From a virus (Duplodnaviria > Caudoviricetes): a stretch of 50,313 nucleotides of DNA. Position 1 is the first letter of the stretch. Every line of letters starts with the position of its first letter. The stretch lies in the IMG/VR virus record IMGVR_UViG_3300048853_000117, positions 1-50,313 of that record. One strand, written 5' to 3'. The notes below the pieces were generated by a model. That model saw nothing but the letters and a program-made list of their open reading frames with translations, ran no database searches and was not told the origin of the DNA. The translations under genes and the position numbers were made by a program. Shown in pieces: positions 35,711-44,914 of this stretch.

Positions 35711-38005
35711 TCACCTGCAGATTCGGGTGAAGCGCGCCGACTCCCGCGCGGAGCCCCGAAACGGATCCGCGCGGGACACGATGCAGGATTGGCTGCAAAA
35801 GCGGCAACGCTTGCAGACGAGCTTTCCGCACTCCTCGCAATTCTTGTTGTCGCCAAAGACGAGCGGGAATGCGTTGCACGGAGTGTTCTCTTTCACGAGT
35901 CCGCCGCAATACGCGTAGATCGTGATCTCGCGGCCATCGGGCGTCTTTCCAATGAGGATCTGTGGCTTCACGCTGAAATGCGAGAATGTAAGGGCTTGCT
36001 TCTCCAGTCTCTCTCCGACTTCACGCAACAGCTCAAGGAGCCGCGCGACCGAATCCCTAGGGTCGAACAGCCCGCCACAAGCACTTTCCTCGATGTCGAT
36101 CGCCACTTCGTAGTGAGGTTGCGGCAGGCTGCCTAGGCAGATGGCGGCAGCGCCGAAACGCTCCATGCCAAACCTAGTGAGTCGGCGCTCGGGAACGCTG
36201 AAGCCCTCAATCGAAATCAGCTTTTGGAAGAATGCGATGAACGCCGCCGCACCCTGCTTTTTGATGCATCTTGCGATGAATTCCGAGATCGCGAACGCGA
36301 CGATGGTCGCCTTCGAATAGCCCGCCTTGCGGACCGCGGAAGCGAAGAGGTCGACCACGCACCGGTCCGCTTCGCCGAGTTGCCCGTAGAGCTCCGTCTC
36401 CCGCTCACGCCCGCACGCGATGGCGACGGCGAGAATGCTTTCCGGCTTCTGGGCGAACACGGAGGCGAGCAGGTAGAGCGCCTCATAGTCGATTTCGTAC
36501 CCAGGCATTTCAAACGCCCAAAGGGGCGGCCGATCGGCCGAGAAATTCAGCGCCATCCGCTGCGTTCTGCCCGGAAGTGCGTTGATGACTTCCTCCACCC
36601 GGCGGATGGCGTCAGCCGTGGTCAAGCCGAGGAACACCTGTTCGGGCGTTACGTGCCAGAGTTCGGTCGCGACCGCAGCGATAGCGACGTCGCGTCCGCC
36701 GGACGACTTGAATGCTTTCACGTAGGGATCACGGTCAGCCGGGCCGTAGTGGACACAGCTTTTCACATCCAGCGGGACATCCGCGCGGATGTCGAAATCC
36801 ACCCAGTCGCGGCTTGCGCCGGTGACTTGGTGGACCGAGACGTCCTCCACCTTCTGGCCCAAGGTGCCGGAATAGAACTCGGCCACGAGCTTTTCCGCCA
36901 ACCTTGCGTACGCCATCGACCGGACCGTGTTCCGGTTCCCCCCGGCACCCCTGGCCCAAATGCCGATCAACTCGCGGTCCTCCGGGGTGAGCGGGCGGTC
37001 CGACGCGATCTCCCATCCCGTCTCCTGGCTTTCCACGTTAACCCCACCCCTTGCCCGCGCGGCCGCGGTGATGACATGCCCAGGCATCCTCCGGGGCGAG
37101 AACTGCTTTCGCTGGCCGTTGTCCGCCAGAACCCCGTGGAAAGGCGCCTCAGATGAATTCCGGCTCGGCATGAATGCGCGCACCCGCGCGAGAATGCTGG
37201 CCAGGAGTTCTCGGTCGTCCACGTCCAGGTAGTGGCGCAGCGAGCCGAGGTGCTCCTTGCTTACGCGCTGGAGTGTTGAGCTCTCCAGGTTCGCCGCGAC
37301 GAGGCGAGAGCCGGCGCCGCTGCGGGCTTCGCGGGCACGCTCCGCCTTCGCCAGGAGCGTCGCGCCTCCCTGGTCGAGGTAGACGTCGTACCGGGCGGCC
37401 TGGCTGGCCCACGCATCTGCTTCGTCGTCAGGGGGCGACAGCGCGGCGCGCAGGTCGGACTGAAGGATGAATACGTCGGCCGGAAGCGAATGAGCCCTCT
37501 CCGGCGTGACAACGTCGTAGAAGCACTCCAGGAACTCCCGGCGGCTGCGAGGCGTCGCCTCTCCCCGTACGCGCAGCTCTTCCTCGATGCCGTCGAGGAA
37601 GGCATCCCTCCGCTCCATCGCCTCAAGGACGCCAAGCGCCCAGTTGGCGAATGCCGGGTTGCACTCGCAGCGGTTCACGAAGGACTGGTCCACGCCGCGG
37701 GGGTTCTCGAGCAGCCTCCTGGTGAGTTCCGACGCCTTGTTGGCCTCCTCCAAGGTGTCGTACTTCTCGGAGTAGACGGCCCCGGAGTTGGCCCTCGGCA
37801 TGGATCGGCGCCATCCAAGGTGGCCCGTCCCGTACTCGACGAGGTGCTCGACGAAGAACGTGCCGCCGCTCGGGTGGGCCTTCGGCCGCGCGTCGAGCAC
37901 GCGCTCGACCGACAAGCCCTTCTCATCCGCCTCCCGCCAGTTGATCGTGCGCGAACTGTGCATTTGGACGTCCTGCCGGTGAAGCTGGCGGGCATTCATC
38001 GGCAT
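35711..38005 (-). CDS. Large hypothetical protein with PD-(D/E)XK-like core and C-terminal Cys cluster (candidate defence nuclease, moron)
   Basis: 764-aa ORF antisense to the tail genes, lower GC; ARLAEK...VEDVS...W.DFD....LDVKS; YCGG...C..PL..G...CEECGKLVCKRCRFCSQSC; GAGG RBS. Confidence 0.75.
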   Translation of the reverse strand: MPMNARQLHRQDVQMHSSRTINWREADEKGLSVERVLDARPKAHPSGGTFFVEHLVEYGTGHLGWRRSMPRANSGAVYSEKYDTLEEANKASELTRRLLENPRGVDQSFVNRCECNPAFANWALGVLEAMERRDAFLDGIEEELRVRGEATPRSRREFLECFYDVVTPERAHSLPADVFILQSDLRAALSPPDDEADAWASQAARYDVYLDQGGATLLAKAERAREARSGAGSRLVAANLESSTLQRVSKEHLGSLRHYLDVDDRELLASILARVRAFMPSRNSSEAPFHGVLADNGQRKQFSPRRMPGHVITAAARARGGVNVESQETGWEIASDRPLTPEDRELIGIWARGAGGNRNTVRSMAYARLAEKLVAEFYSGTLGQKVEDVSVHQVTGASRDWVDFDIRADVPLDVKSCVHYGPADRDPYVKAFKSSGGRDVAIAAVATELWHVTPEQVFLGLTTADAIRRVEEVINALPGRTQRMALNFSADRPPLWAFEMPGYEIDYEALYLLASVFAQKPESILAVAIACGRERETELYGQLGEADRCVVDLFASAVRKAGYSKATIVAFAISEFIARCIKKQGAAAFIAFFQKLISIEGFSVPERRLTRFGMERFGAAAICLGSLPQPHYEVAIDIEESACGGLFDPRDSVARLLELLREVGERLEKQALTFSHFSVKPQILIGKTPDGREITIYAYCGGLVKENTPCNAFPLVFGDNKNCEECGKLVCKRCRFCSQSCIVSRADPFRGSARESARFTRICR

Positions 38006-38190
38006 TCACCTCAGGCGCGCGCTTAGTAGCAGAATATCGCGCGGTGGTGTTGCTCGCAACCACATCGACACGTTTGGGAGGCGCTCACTCCGGCTCAGGG
38101 CAGCCAGCTTGTCCGGCGCCGTGACATCCGGAGCGCCCAGCCGACGTTCGAGACGAGCGCGAACCTGTCGATCCCGGCCGCTGGCGAGCG

Positions 38191-38254
38191 ATGTCCGCTT
38201 GCGCCTCAGCACCGGACATACCAGCCGCGGGCACGAGAGTCGTCTCTGGGTCGA
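38191..38254. repeat. Palindromic element(s) at the right edge of the tail insertion
   Basis: ATGTCCG-CTTGCGCCTCAGCAC-CGGACAT (38191-38219) plus a degenerate GTCGTCTCTGGGTCGA. Confidence 0.5.
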
Positions 38255-38421
38255 ACTTTCCTGTAGCGTCCTCCGCGTCCAAGCTGCGACCGAGGGCGGC
38301 TGTCGCACTCGACGCGTGGGCTTTTTTCTCGCGACCCGCGCTACTCAGGCGAAGCGCCGCCCTGCGCGCTGCAGAACAGTTGGCTGGTCCGCCTCGGCCG
38401 ATTTCCCGAACGGAGAATCAC

Positions 38422-38799
38422 ATGCTCACCCTCGACCTCCCGGCCGAGCCGTACTGGCTCGACCTGCCGCGTGGCGTCCGCGTCGAGATCCGGCCCGTGA
38501 CCACCGCCGTCATGGCCGCGGCGCAGGCGGCAGCGGCACGCCGCCTTGTCGCGATCCGCATCGCCGACCCTGACCTCGACCCTGACATGTCGCGCGGCCT
38601 GTCCTTCGCCTTCCTGGTCAAGGCGCTCGCCCGCCACGCCGTCACCGCCTGGGAGGGCGTCGGCGATGCCGCCGGCAAGCCGCTGCCCCTCACACCCGAG
38701 GCCGTCGAGCGCTTGATGGACCTCGACGACATCGCCGCGGCGTTGTGGGATCGCGCCACGGCCCCTGTCGCCGCGGTCGCCGCCGAGGGAAACGGCTGA
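38422..38799 (+). CDS. Tail assembly chaperone (gpG-like)
   Basis: MLTLDL..EP.WLDL..GV...AWEGVGD..G; ends in slippery G GGA AAC; lies before the tape measure gene. Confidence 0.82.
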   Translation: MLTLDLPAEPYWLDLPRGVRVEIRPVTTAVMAAAQAAAARRLVAIRIADPDLDPDMSRGLSFAFLVKALARHAVTAWEGVGDAAGKPLPLTPEAVERLMDLDDIAAALWDRATAPVAAVAAEGNG

Positions 38800-39122
38800 G
38801 GGCCCGCGCCGCCTGGCACTTCGGCCGCGGGCCCGAATACTGCCGCGGCTGCGCCGCCCTCGGCCGCGACTGCACCGACGCCTGCCCCTACGCCGCTCAG
38901 GCCCCCGCCAGCCTTGAAGGCCATGCCTGCTGGTCGGCAGGGACGGCCTGCGCCGAAGTCACCATGGCGGGCCTGACGCTCGACACCGCCGGCGCGCTGG
39001 CTACGGCGCGCGAGCTCGGCGCCGCCGGCTGGGCCGCCGCCGAGCTGCTGCTCGCTATCCGCATCGGCATGGCCGAGGGCGCCACCGCCCGCCGCGACGG
39101 GGAGGGAAAGCCGAATGGCTGA
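38787..39122 (+). CDS. gpGT-like extension produced by a -1 programmed frameshift
   Basis: The -1 frame from GGGAAAC (38787-38793) reads GKRLRARAAWHFG.G..YC..C...CP; no own RBS or start. Confidence 0.72.
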   Translation, partial: GKRLRARAAWHFGRGPEYCRGCAALGRDCTDACPYAAQAPASLEGHACWSAGTACAEVTMAGLTLDTAGALATARELGAAGWAAAELLLAIRIGMAEGATARRDGEGKPNG

Positions 39123-41283
39123 TGCAACCCGCCGCGTCTCGGTCCGCCTCTCGCTGGACGACGCTGCCCGGGTCAAGGCCGGGCTGCGCGAGGTCGGCGA
39201 GACCGGCCAGCGCTCGCTCGACCAGATCAAGGGCGGCGCCGAGCGCGCCTCCCGCTCCCTCGAACTGCTCGACGTCGCCACGCGCGGCATCCAGATCGCC
39301 GGCGTGGCAGTCGCCGCCCGCGCCCTGGTCCAGGCCGGCGACGCGCTCACCCAGGGCCTCTCGCGCCTGCAGAACGCCACCGGCTCGGTCCAGCGCGCCG
39401 GCCAGGTCTACGAGGCGCTGTATCGCAACGCGCTCCAGACCGGCGTCGCGGTCTCGGAGAGCGTCGACGCCTTCCAGCGCTTCTCCATCGCCGCGCGCGA
39501 GATCGGCGCCACCTCCGACCAGGTCGTGCGCCTCGTCGGCGGGCTGCAGCGCGTCGCCATCGTCTCCGGCGCCTCGACGGGCGAGATCTCCAGCGCCACC
39601 CTCCAGCTCGCCCAGGCGCTGGCCTCCGGCGTCCTGCAGGGCGACGAGCTCCGCTCCATCCTCGAGGCCATGCCGCTGCTGGCCGAGGGCCTGGCCCGCG
39701 AGCTCGGCGTCTCCATCGGCGAGCTGCGCAAGCTCGGCTCCGAGGGCAAGCTCACCGCCGAGCGGGTCTTCCCCGCGCTGCTGCGCGCCGCCGAACGCCT
39801 CGGCGCCGAGCTCGACCGCGCGCCGCTCTCTCTCGGCCGCGCCTTCGGCCAGCTGACGGCGGCGACCGAGAATTTTCTGGGCCAGCTCGACCGCGCCATC
39901 GGCCTGTCCAACGCGCTGGCCCGGGCGCTCTCGACCGCGGCACGCGCGGTGGACAGCGTCCGCCAGGGTGCTGGCCTGCGCAGCGAGGAGGAGCGCCTCG
40001 CCGGCCTGCGCCACCAGGCCGAGGCGCTGTCGGCGCAGATCGGCCGGCTGGAGAGCGAGGGCGACGGCCGCGACAGCCTGCGCGCCCCTGTCCGCCGCGG
40101 CAGCATCCGCCCTGGCCTGGTCGGCACCGCCGAGCAGCAGGCCGGCGTCGACAGCCGGGCACGGCTGGAGGAGCTGCGCCGCGACTACTTCGCCACCCTC
40201 GCCGAGATCGACACCGCAGAGCGGGAGTCGCTGAACCGCCGCCTGGAGGAGCAGGAGCGCGCCGGCCAGGCCGCGGCCGACGCCCGCCGGCGCCGCGCGA
40301 CGCAGGAGGTCCAGGAGCTCACCCGCGACCTCGACGACCGCTTCCGGATCAACCGGGAATACGAGGAGCGCGTCCGCCGCCTGCGCGAGGCGGAGGCGGC
40401 CGGCGCGGTCACCGCCGCCGAGCGCACCCGCCTCGAGACGCTGGCGCTGCAGGAGCGCGACGAGGCACTGCGCCGGTTGGAGCCGCGCGTCGCCGCCGTC
40501 CGCCGCGCCAGCAACGAAGGTGCACGGGAAGCCCGAGAGGCCGAGCGGCAGCTGAACGACCTGCTGCGCGAGCGCGAGCGGCTGATCCAGGACAACGAGA
40601 CCGCCTACGAGCGCTACCAGCGCCGGCTGGAGCGGCTGTCCGACCTGGTGCAGCGCGCCGAGCGCGCCGGCCGGCCGATCCCGGACGAGACGATCGGGCG
40701 GGAGGCGCAGCGCGCGCTGGAGGATCTGGAGGAGGCCGAACGCCGCCTGCAGCGCAGCACCGAGGGCACGCGCGAGGCCGCCAGGGAGCTCGGCTTTGCG
40801 TTCTCCTCCGCCTTCGAGGACGCGATCGTGCGCGGCGACAAGCTGTCGAAGGTCATGCAGGGCCTGCTGCAGGACATCACCCGCATCATCGCGCGGCGCA
40901 CCATCACCGAGCCGCTGGGCAACGCCGTCTCGGCCGGTCTCACCAGCCTCGGTGCCGGCAGCTGGTTCGACGGCATTGGCTCCTGGCTCGGCGGGCTGTT
41001 CCGGGCCGAGGGCGGGCCGGTCTCGGCCGGCCAGCCCTACATCGTCGGCGAGCGCGGCCCCGAATGGTTCGTCCCGGACCGCGGCGGGACGGTGCTGCCG
41101 AACGGCACGGCGCCCGGCGGCCCGGTCATCCAGCAGACCATCAACATCGACGCGCGGGGTGCCGATGCCAGCGTCGAGGCGCGGCTGCGGCTGCTCGCCG
41201 GGCAGATCGCGCGCCAGGCCTCGGCCATGACGCTCGATGCAATCCGCCGCGGCGGCAGCGCCTACGAGACGGTGCGGGGATGA
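39115..41283 (+). CDS. Tail tape measure protein
   Basis: QLAQALASGVLQGDELRSILE tape-measure domain, long coiled coil, C-terminal RAEGGPV..G..YIVGERGPE. Confidence 0.92.
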   Translation: MADATRRVSVRLSLDDAARVKAGLREVGETGQRSLDQIKGGAERASRSLELLDVATRGIQIAGVAVAARALVQAGDALTQGLSRLQNATGSVQRAGQVYEALYRNALQTGVAVSESVDAFQRFSIAAREIGATSDQVVRLVGGLQRVAIVSGASTGEISSATLQLAQALASGVLQGDELRSILEAMPLLAEGLARELGVSIGELRKLGSEGKLTAERVFPALLRAAERLGAELDRAPLSLGRAFGQLTAATENFLGQLDRAIGLSNALARALSTAARAVDSVRQGAGLRSEEERLAGLRHQAEALSAQIGRLESEGDGRDSLRAPVRRGSIRPGLVGTAEQQAGVDSRARLEELRRDYFATLAEIDTAERESLNRRLEEQERAGQAAADARRRRATQEVQELTRDLDDRFRINREYEERVRRLREAEAAGAVTAAERTRLETLALQERDEALRRLEPRVAAVRRASNEGAREAREAERQLNDLLRERERLIQDNETAYERYQRRLERLSDLVQRAERAGRPIPDETIGREAQRALEDLEEAERRLQRSTEGTREAARELGFAFSSAFEDAIVRGDKLSKVMQGLLQDITRIIARRTITEPLGNAVSAGLTSLGAGSWFDGIGSWLGGLFRAEGGPVSAGQPYIVGERGPEWFVPDRGGTVLPNGTAPGGPVIQQTINIDARGADASVEARLRLLAGQIARQASAMTLDAIRRGGSAYETVRG

Positions 41284-41975
41284 CCGCCATGGTGGAATAC
41301 GCCTGGCCCGAGGCGCTGCGCCCGACGCGGCTGACCTTCTACCTGCAGCACAACACCACGCGCTTCGTCTCGCCGGTCACCCGCGCCACGCAGGTGCTGC
41401 GGCGCGAGGGCGCGCGCTGGGTCGCGCAGGCGACCTTCGACCCGCTCGACCGCGTGCGCGCAGGCCTCCTCGAAGGGCTGCTAGCGGCGCTGGCCGGCTC
41501 GGTGAACACGGTCCGCATCTGGGACTGGCGGCGGGAGTTCCGCACCGGCGATCCGCGGGTGCAGGGCGACGTGCCGAGCGGGCCGTTCTCGTACTCGGAC
41601 GCCACCATCTTCACGGACGGCACCGGCTTCGTGGTCGGCTCCGGCAACCCGGCGCTGGCGGCTGGCGCGCCGCGCGGGGCGCTCGCCATCCAGACCGGGG
41701 GCTGGTGGCCGAACGGCGTGGCGGTCGGCGGCGGCGACCTGATCGGACTGGCCGGGCGGCTCTACATCGCCACCGAGACGATCACCGCGTCCGGCGCCGG
41801 CACCGCTACCATCTCGCTCGCGCCACCGCTGCGCGAGGCGCTGCTGATCAACCAGCCGCTGGTGCTGACCAGGCCGACCGTCGCCATGCGCCTGGTCTCC
41901 GACGACGAGGCCGCCAACCCGACGCGGCCGGGCCGCTTCACCGCGATCACCATCCGCCTCGAGGAAGCACTCTGA
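41280..41975 (+). CDS. Distal tail protein-like
   Basis: ATGA overlap with the tape measure gene; F.SP.T...Q.....GARW, PPLR, EEAL end. Confidence 0.7.
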   Translation: MTAMVEYAWPEALRPTRLTFYLQHNTTRFVSPVTRATQVLRREGARWVAQATFDPLDRVRAGLLEGLLAALAGSVNTVRIWDWRREFRTGDPRVQGDVPSGPFSYSDATIFTDGTGFVVGSGNPALAAGAPRGALAIQTGGWWPNGVAVGGGDLIGLAGRLYIATETITASGAGTATISLAPPLREALLINQPLVLTRPTVAMRLVSDDEAANPTRPGRFTAITIRLEEAL

Positions 41976-42550
41976 TGTCGGATGTTCACGGCACGCCCCG
42001 GCTGTCGCTGCATGCCGCCGCCTCCGCCACTTCGCCGGTCGCGGCTCCCGTCGTGCTGGTCGAGCTCGACTTCGCCTCGGGTCCCTTTCGCGCCTGGACC
42101 GGCCTTGGTCAGCTGAACTGGGCGGGGAAGGTGTTCGAGGGCGTCGGCTCGATCGGGGCGGTGGGCGAGGTCGAGGAGACGGTCGAACTACGCGCCGTGC
42201 GGCTGACGCTGGCACTGTCGCCCGCGCCACAGGAGGTGGTGGACATCGCGCTGGCCGAGCGGAGCTTCCGGCTGCGGCCCGCGCGGCTCTGGGGCGCGCT
42301 GCTGGACGCCGAGGGCGCCTTCGTTGCGGACCCGTTCCCGCTCTGGGCGGGGCTGATGGACACGATGGAGGTGACCGACGGGGCCGAACCGCGCGTCGCG
42401 CTGACCTGCGAGAGCCGCCTTGTCGATCTCGAGCGCGCCGAGGTGCGCCGCTACACCGACGCCGACCAGCAGGCCGAATACCCGGGCGACCGCTTCTTTG
42501 AGTACGTTCCCGCCCTGCAGGAGGCGGAGATCCGGCTGCCGGCGCGGTGA
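41975..42550 (+). CDS. Tail hub / minor tail protein
   Basis: LVELDF.SG..R.WTG.G.L.W.G..F.GVG...RYTDADQ...YPGDRFFEYV. Confidence 0.75.
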   Translation: MSDVHGTPRLSLHAAASATSPVAAPVVLVELDFASGPFRAWTGLGQLNWAGKVFEGVGSIGAVGEVEETVELRAVRLTLALSPAPQEVVDIALAERSFRLRPARLWGALLDAEGAFVADPFPLWAGLMDTMEVTDGAEPRVALTCESRLVDLERAEVRRYTDADQQAEYPGDRFFEYVPALQEAEIRLPAR

Positions 42551-42900
42551 CGCGGCGGCCGGACTGGGCGGTGCGGCTGGCAGCGCTGCTGTCAGCGGTG
42601 GAGACGCGCCCCTTCGACGCCCATCGCTGGAACTGCGGCCGCTTCGCGCTGGCTGCGGTGGAGGCGGTCACCGGCAGTCGGCCACAGGTGCGCGTCATGC
42701 CCGACCTGGTGACCACGGCGGACAGCGCCGGCTTCCCCCGCATGCCGCCGCTGCTGGCCCGCATGGGCGACATCGTGCTCGCGCCCGATCCCGACCGCCT
42801 GGGCGTGGTGCTGGACGCCGGGCGCGTCGCCTTCGTCGGCCCGCGCGGGCTGCTGCGCGCGCCGGTCACCGTCTGCACCATCGCCTGGAGGATCGGCTGA
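42547..42900 (+). CDS. DUF6950/NlpC-P60-like tail assembly protein
   Basis: RRPDW..RL...PF....NC..F...VEA.TG...GDIV...LGV...AWRIG. Confidence 0.7.
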   Translation: MTRRPDWAVRLAALLSAVETRPFDAHRWNCGRFALAAVEAVTGSRPQVRVMPDLVTTADSAGFPRMPPLLARMGDIVLAPDPDRLGVVLDAGRVAFVGPRGLLRAPVTVCTIAWRIG

Positions 42901-42901
42901 G

Positions 42902-44902
42902 ATGCCCGCCGCCGTTCCCCTCATCGCCGTCGTCGCCGGCGGCGTCGCCTCGGCCGCGGTCGGCGGCGGCATCATCGGCGCGATCGTCGGCGCCGGCGCC
43001 GCCTTCGTCGTCTCCACCATCGGCGCCTCGGTCTTCCCCGCCAAGCGGCCGACCGCGCCGACGTCCTCCGCCGCGCTCCGCCCCGGCGACGATCCCACCG
43101 CGCCCGGCGCCGGCCGCACGCAGTCCTTCCGCCAGCCGATCACCGAGCACCAGATCGTCTTCGGCCGTTGCAAGGTCGGCGGCCCGATCGTCTTCATCCA
43201 CTCTGCCACCGACGATGCCGGCCGCGCCGATGGCTGGTTCTACGCCGTCGTCGTGCTCGCGGCCCACGGCGTCCGTGCCATCGGCGACGTCTGGCTCGGC
43301 GACACGCTCGCGACCGACGCGAAGTTCGCCGGCCTGGTGCGCATCGATCGCCACCTCGGCGATCCCGACCAGGCGGCGAACGCCAACCTGATTGCCGAGA
43401 CCGGCGGCAAGTGGACCGCCGACCATCGCGGCCGCGGCCGCGCCTATGTCGCCGTCCGCCTCAAGATCACCGCCGAGGCCTTCCCCTCCGGGCCGCCGAA
43501 CATCGCCGCTTTGGTCGAGGGCGCCGACACGATCCTCGACCCGCGCACCGGGGCGACGGGCTGGTCCGACAACCCGGCCCTCTGCCTCGCCTGGTACCTG
43601 ACCGCGCCCTTCGGCTGGAAGGCGTCCTGGGACGACATCGACATCCCCGCCCTCATCGCCGCGGCCAACATCTGCGACGAGCTGATCGGCACCCGGGCCG
43701 GCGTCACCGAGTGCCGCTACACGGTCAACGGGCGCGTCTCGCTCGGCGAGGGCAAGATCGCCATCACCCGCAAGCTCGTCGCCGCCATGTCCGGCGCGCT
43801 GGTGGTCTCGGGCGGACGGTTCTTCATCCATGCTGGCGGGCCGGCGCTCCCCGCGGCGACGCTCACCTCGGACGACCTGCGCGGGGACGTGACGATCCAG
43901 GGCAGCCGGCCGCGGCGGGATCTCTTCAACGGCGTGCGGGCCGTCTACGTCGATCCCGCAAAGAACTGGCAGCCGACCGACGCTCCGCCACTGCTCGCCT
44001 CGAACTACGTCGCCGAGGACGGCGGCGAGCAGATCTACCGGGACATGGAGTTCCCGCTGACCACCTCGGTCAGCACCGTCCAGCGGCTGATGAAGGCCGA
44101 GCTCGAGCGCGTCCGCCGCCAGCGCGAAGTGGCCTTCCCGGCCAACCTCTCGGCGCTGCGGCTGCGGCCCTGGGAGGGGGTGACGGTCGCCCTCGACCGG
44201 GTCGGGCCCTTCCCGGCGCGGGTGGCGGGCTGGCGGCTGTCCCCGGATGGCGGGGTGGACCTCACCCTCTCCGAGGAGGACCCGGCGGTGTGGGACTGGA
44301 ACCCGGCGGTGGACGAGCGCGCCGCCGGCGACAGCCCCTCGGTGGTGCTGCCGAACCTCGGCGTCATCGCGGCGCCGGCGAGCATCACCGTCGAGGCGCC
44401 AATCGGCAGCACCTTCGCCGCCCTCGGCGTCTCCTGGTCAGCGGTCGGCAGTGCCTATCTCGCCGGCTACGAGCTCGAGTTCCGCCCGGCCTCCGTCGCC
44501 ATCTGGCAGGGCTACGGCGGCGCCCTGGGCGCCACCGCGGCGTCCGTCCCGACCGCGGAGCCGACCGCCTTCCGGGTGCGCACCGTGGCCCGCAGCGGGG
44601 CCGTGTCGGGCTGGCGGGAGGCGGCCATCCCCGGCGCCGTCACGGCACCGGCCGCGCTCGGCATCACCGGCGGCGTGCGCCTCTCGGGCGGCTTCCCGGC
44701 CGACGCGGTGCGGCTGCAGGTCTTCGAGGCGACCAGCGCCAGCCTGTCCGCTGCCGTGAAGCTGGCCACCGAGCCGACCGCGCTGCCCTGGGACCGCACC
44801 GGCCTCACCGCCGGCCAGACCCGCTGGTACTGGCTCCGCGCCGTCTCCGCCGAGGGAAACGTCTCGGCCCTGGCCGGGCCCGTCTCCGCCACCGCCCTCT
44901 GA
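42902..44902 (+). CDS. Tail tip / host-specificity protein (gpJ-like) with FN3-like C-terminus
   Basis: IVFGRCKVGG, DPRT...WSDNPALC...YL, AANICDE, FNGVRA.Y, RWYWLRAVS. Confidence 0.85.
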   Translation: MPAAVPLIAVVAGGVASAAVGGGIIGAIVGAGAAFVVSTIGASVFPAKRPTAPTSSAALRPGDDPTAPGAGRTQSFRQPITEHQIVFGRCKVGGPIVFIHSATDDAGRADGWFYAVVVLAAHGVRAIGDVWLGDTLATDAKFAGLVRIDRHLGDPDQAANANLIAETGGKWTADHRGRGRAYVAVRLKITAEAFPSGPPNIAALVEGADTILDPRTGATGWSDNPALCLAWYLTAPFGWKASWDDIDIPALIAAANICDELIGTRAGVTECRYTVNGRVSLGEGKIAITRKLVAAMSGALVVSGGRFFIHAGGPALPAATLTSDDLRGDVTIQGSRPRRDLFNGVRAVYVDPAKNWQPTDAPPLLASNYVAEDGGEQIYRDMEFPLTTSVSTVQRLMKAELERVRRQREVAFPANLSALRLRPWEGVTVALDRVGPFPARVAGWRLSPDGGVDLTLSEEDPAVWDWNPAVDERAAGDSPSVVLPNLGVIAAPASITVEAPIGSTFAALGVSWSAVGSAYLAGYELEFRPASVAIWQGYGGALGATAASVPTAEPTAFRVRTVARSGAVSGWREAAIPGAVTAPAALGITGGVRLSGGFPADAVRLQVFEATSASLSAAVKLATEPTALPWDRTGLTAGQTRWYWLRAVSAEGNVSALAGPVSATAL

Positions 44903-44914
44903 TCGGAGGCAGCC

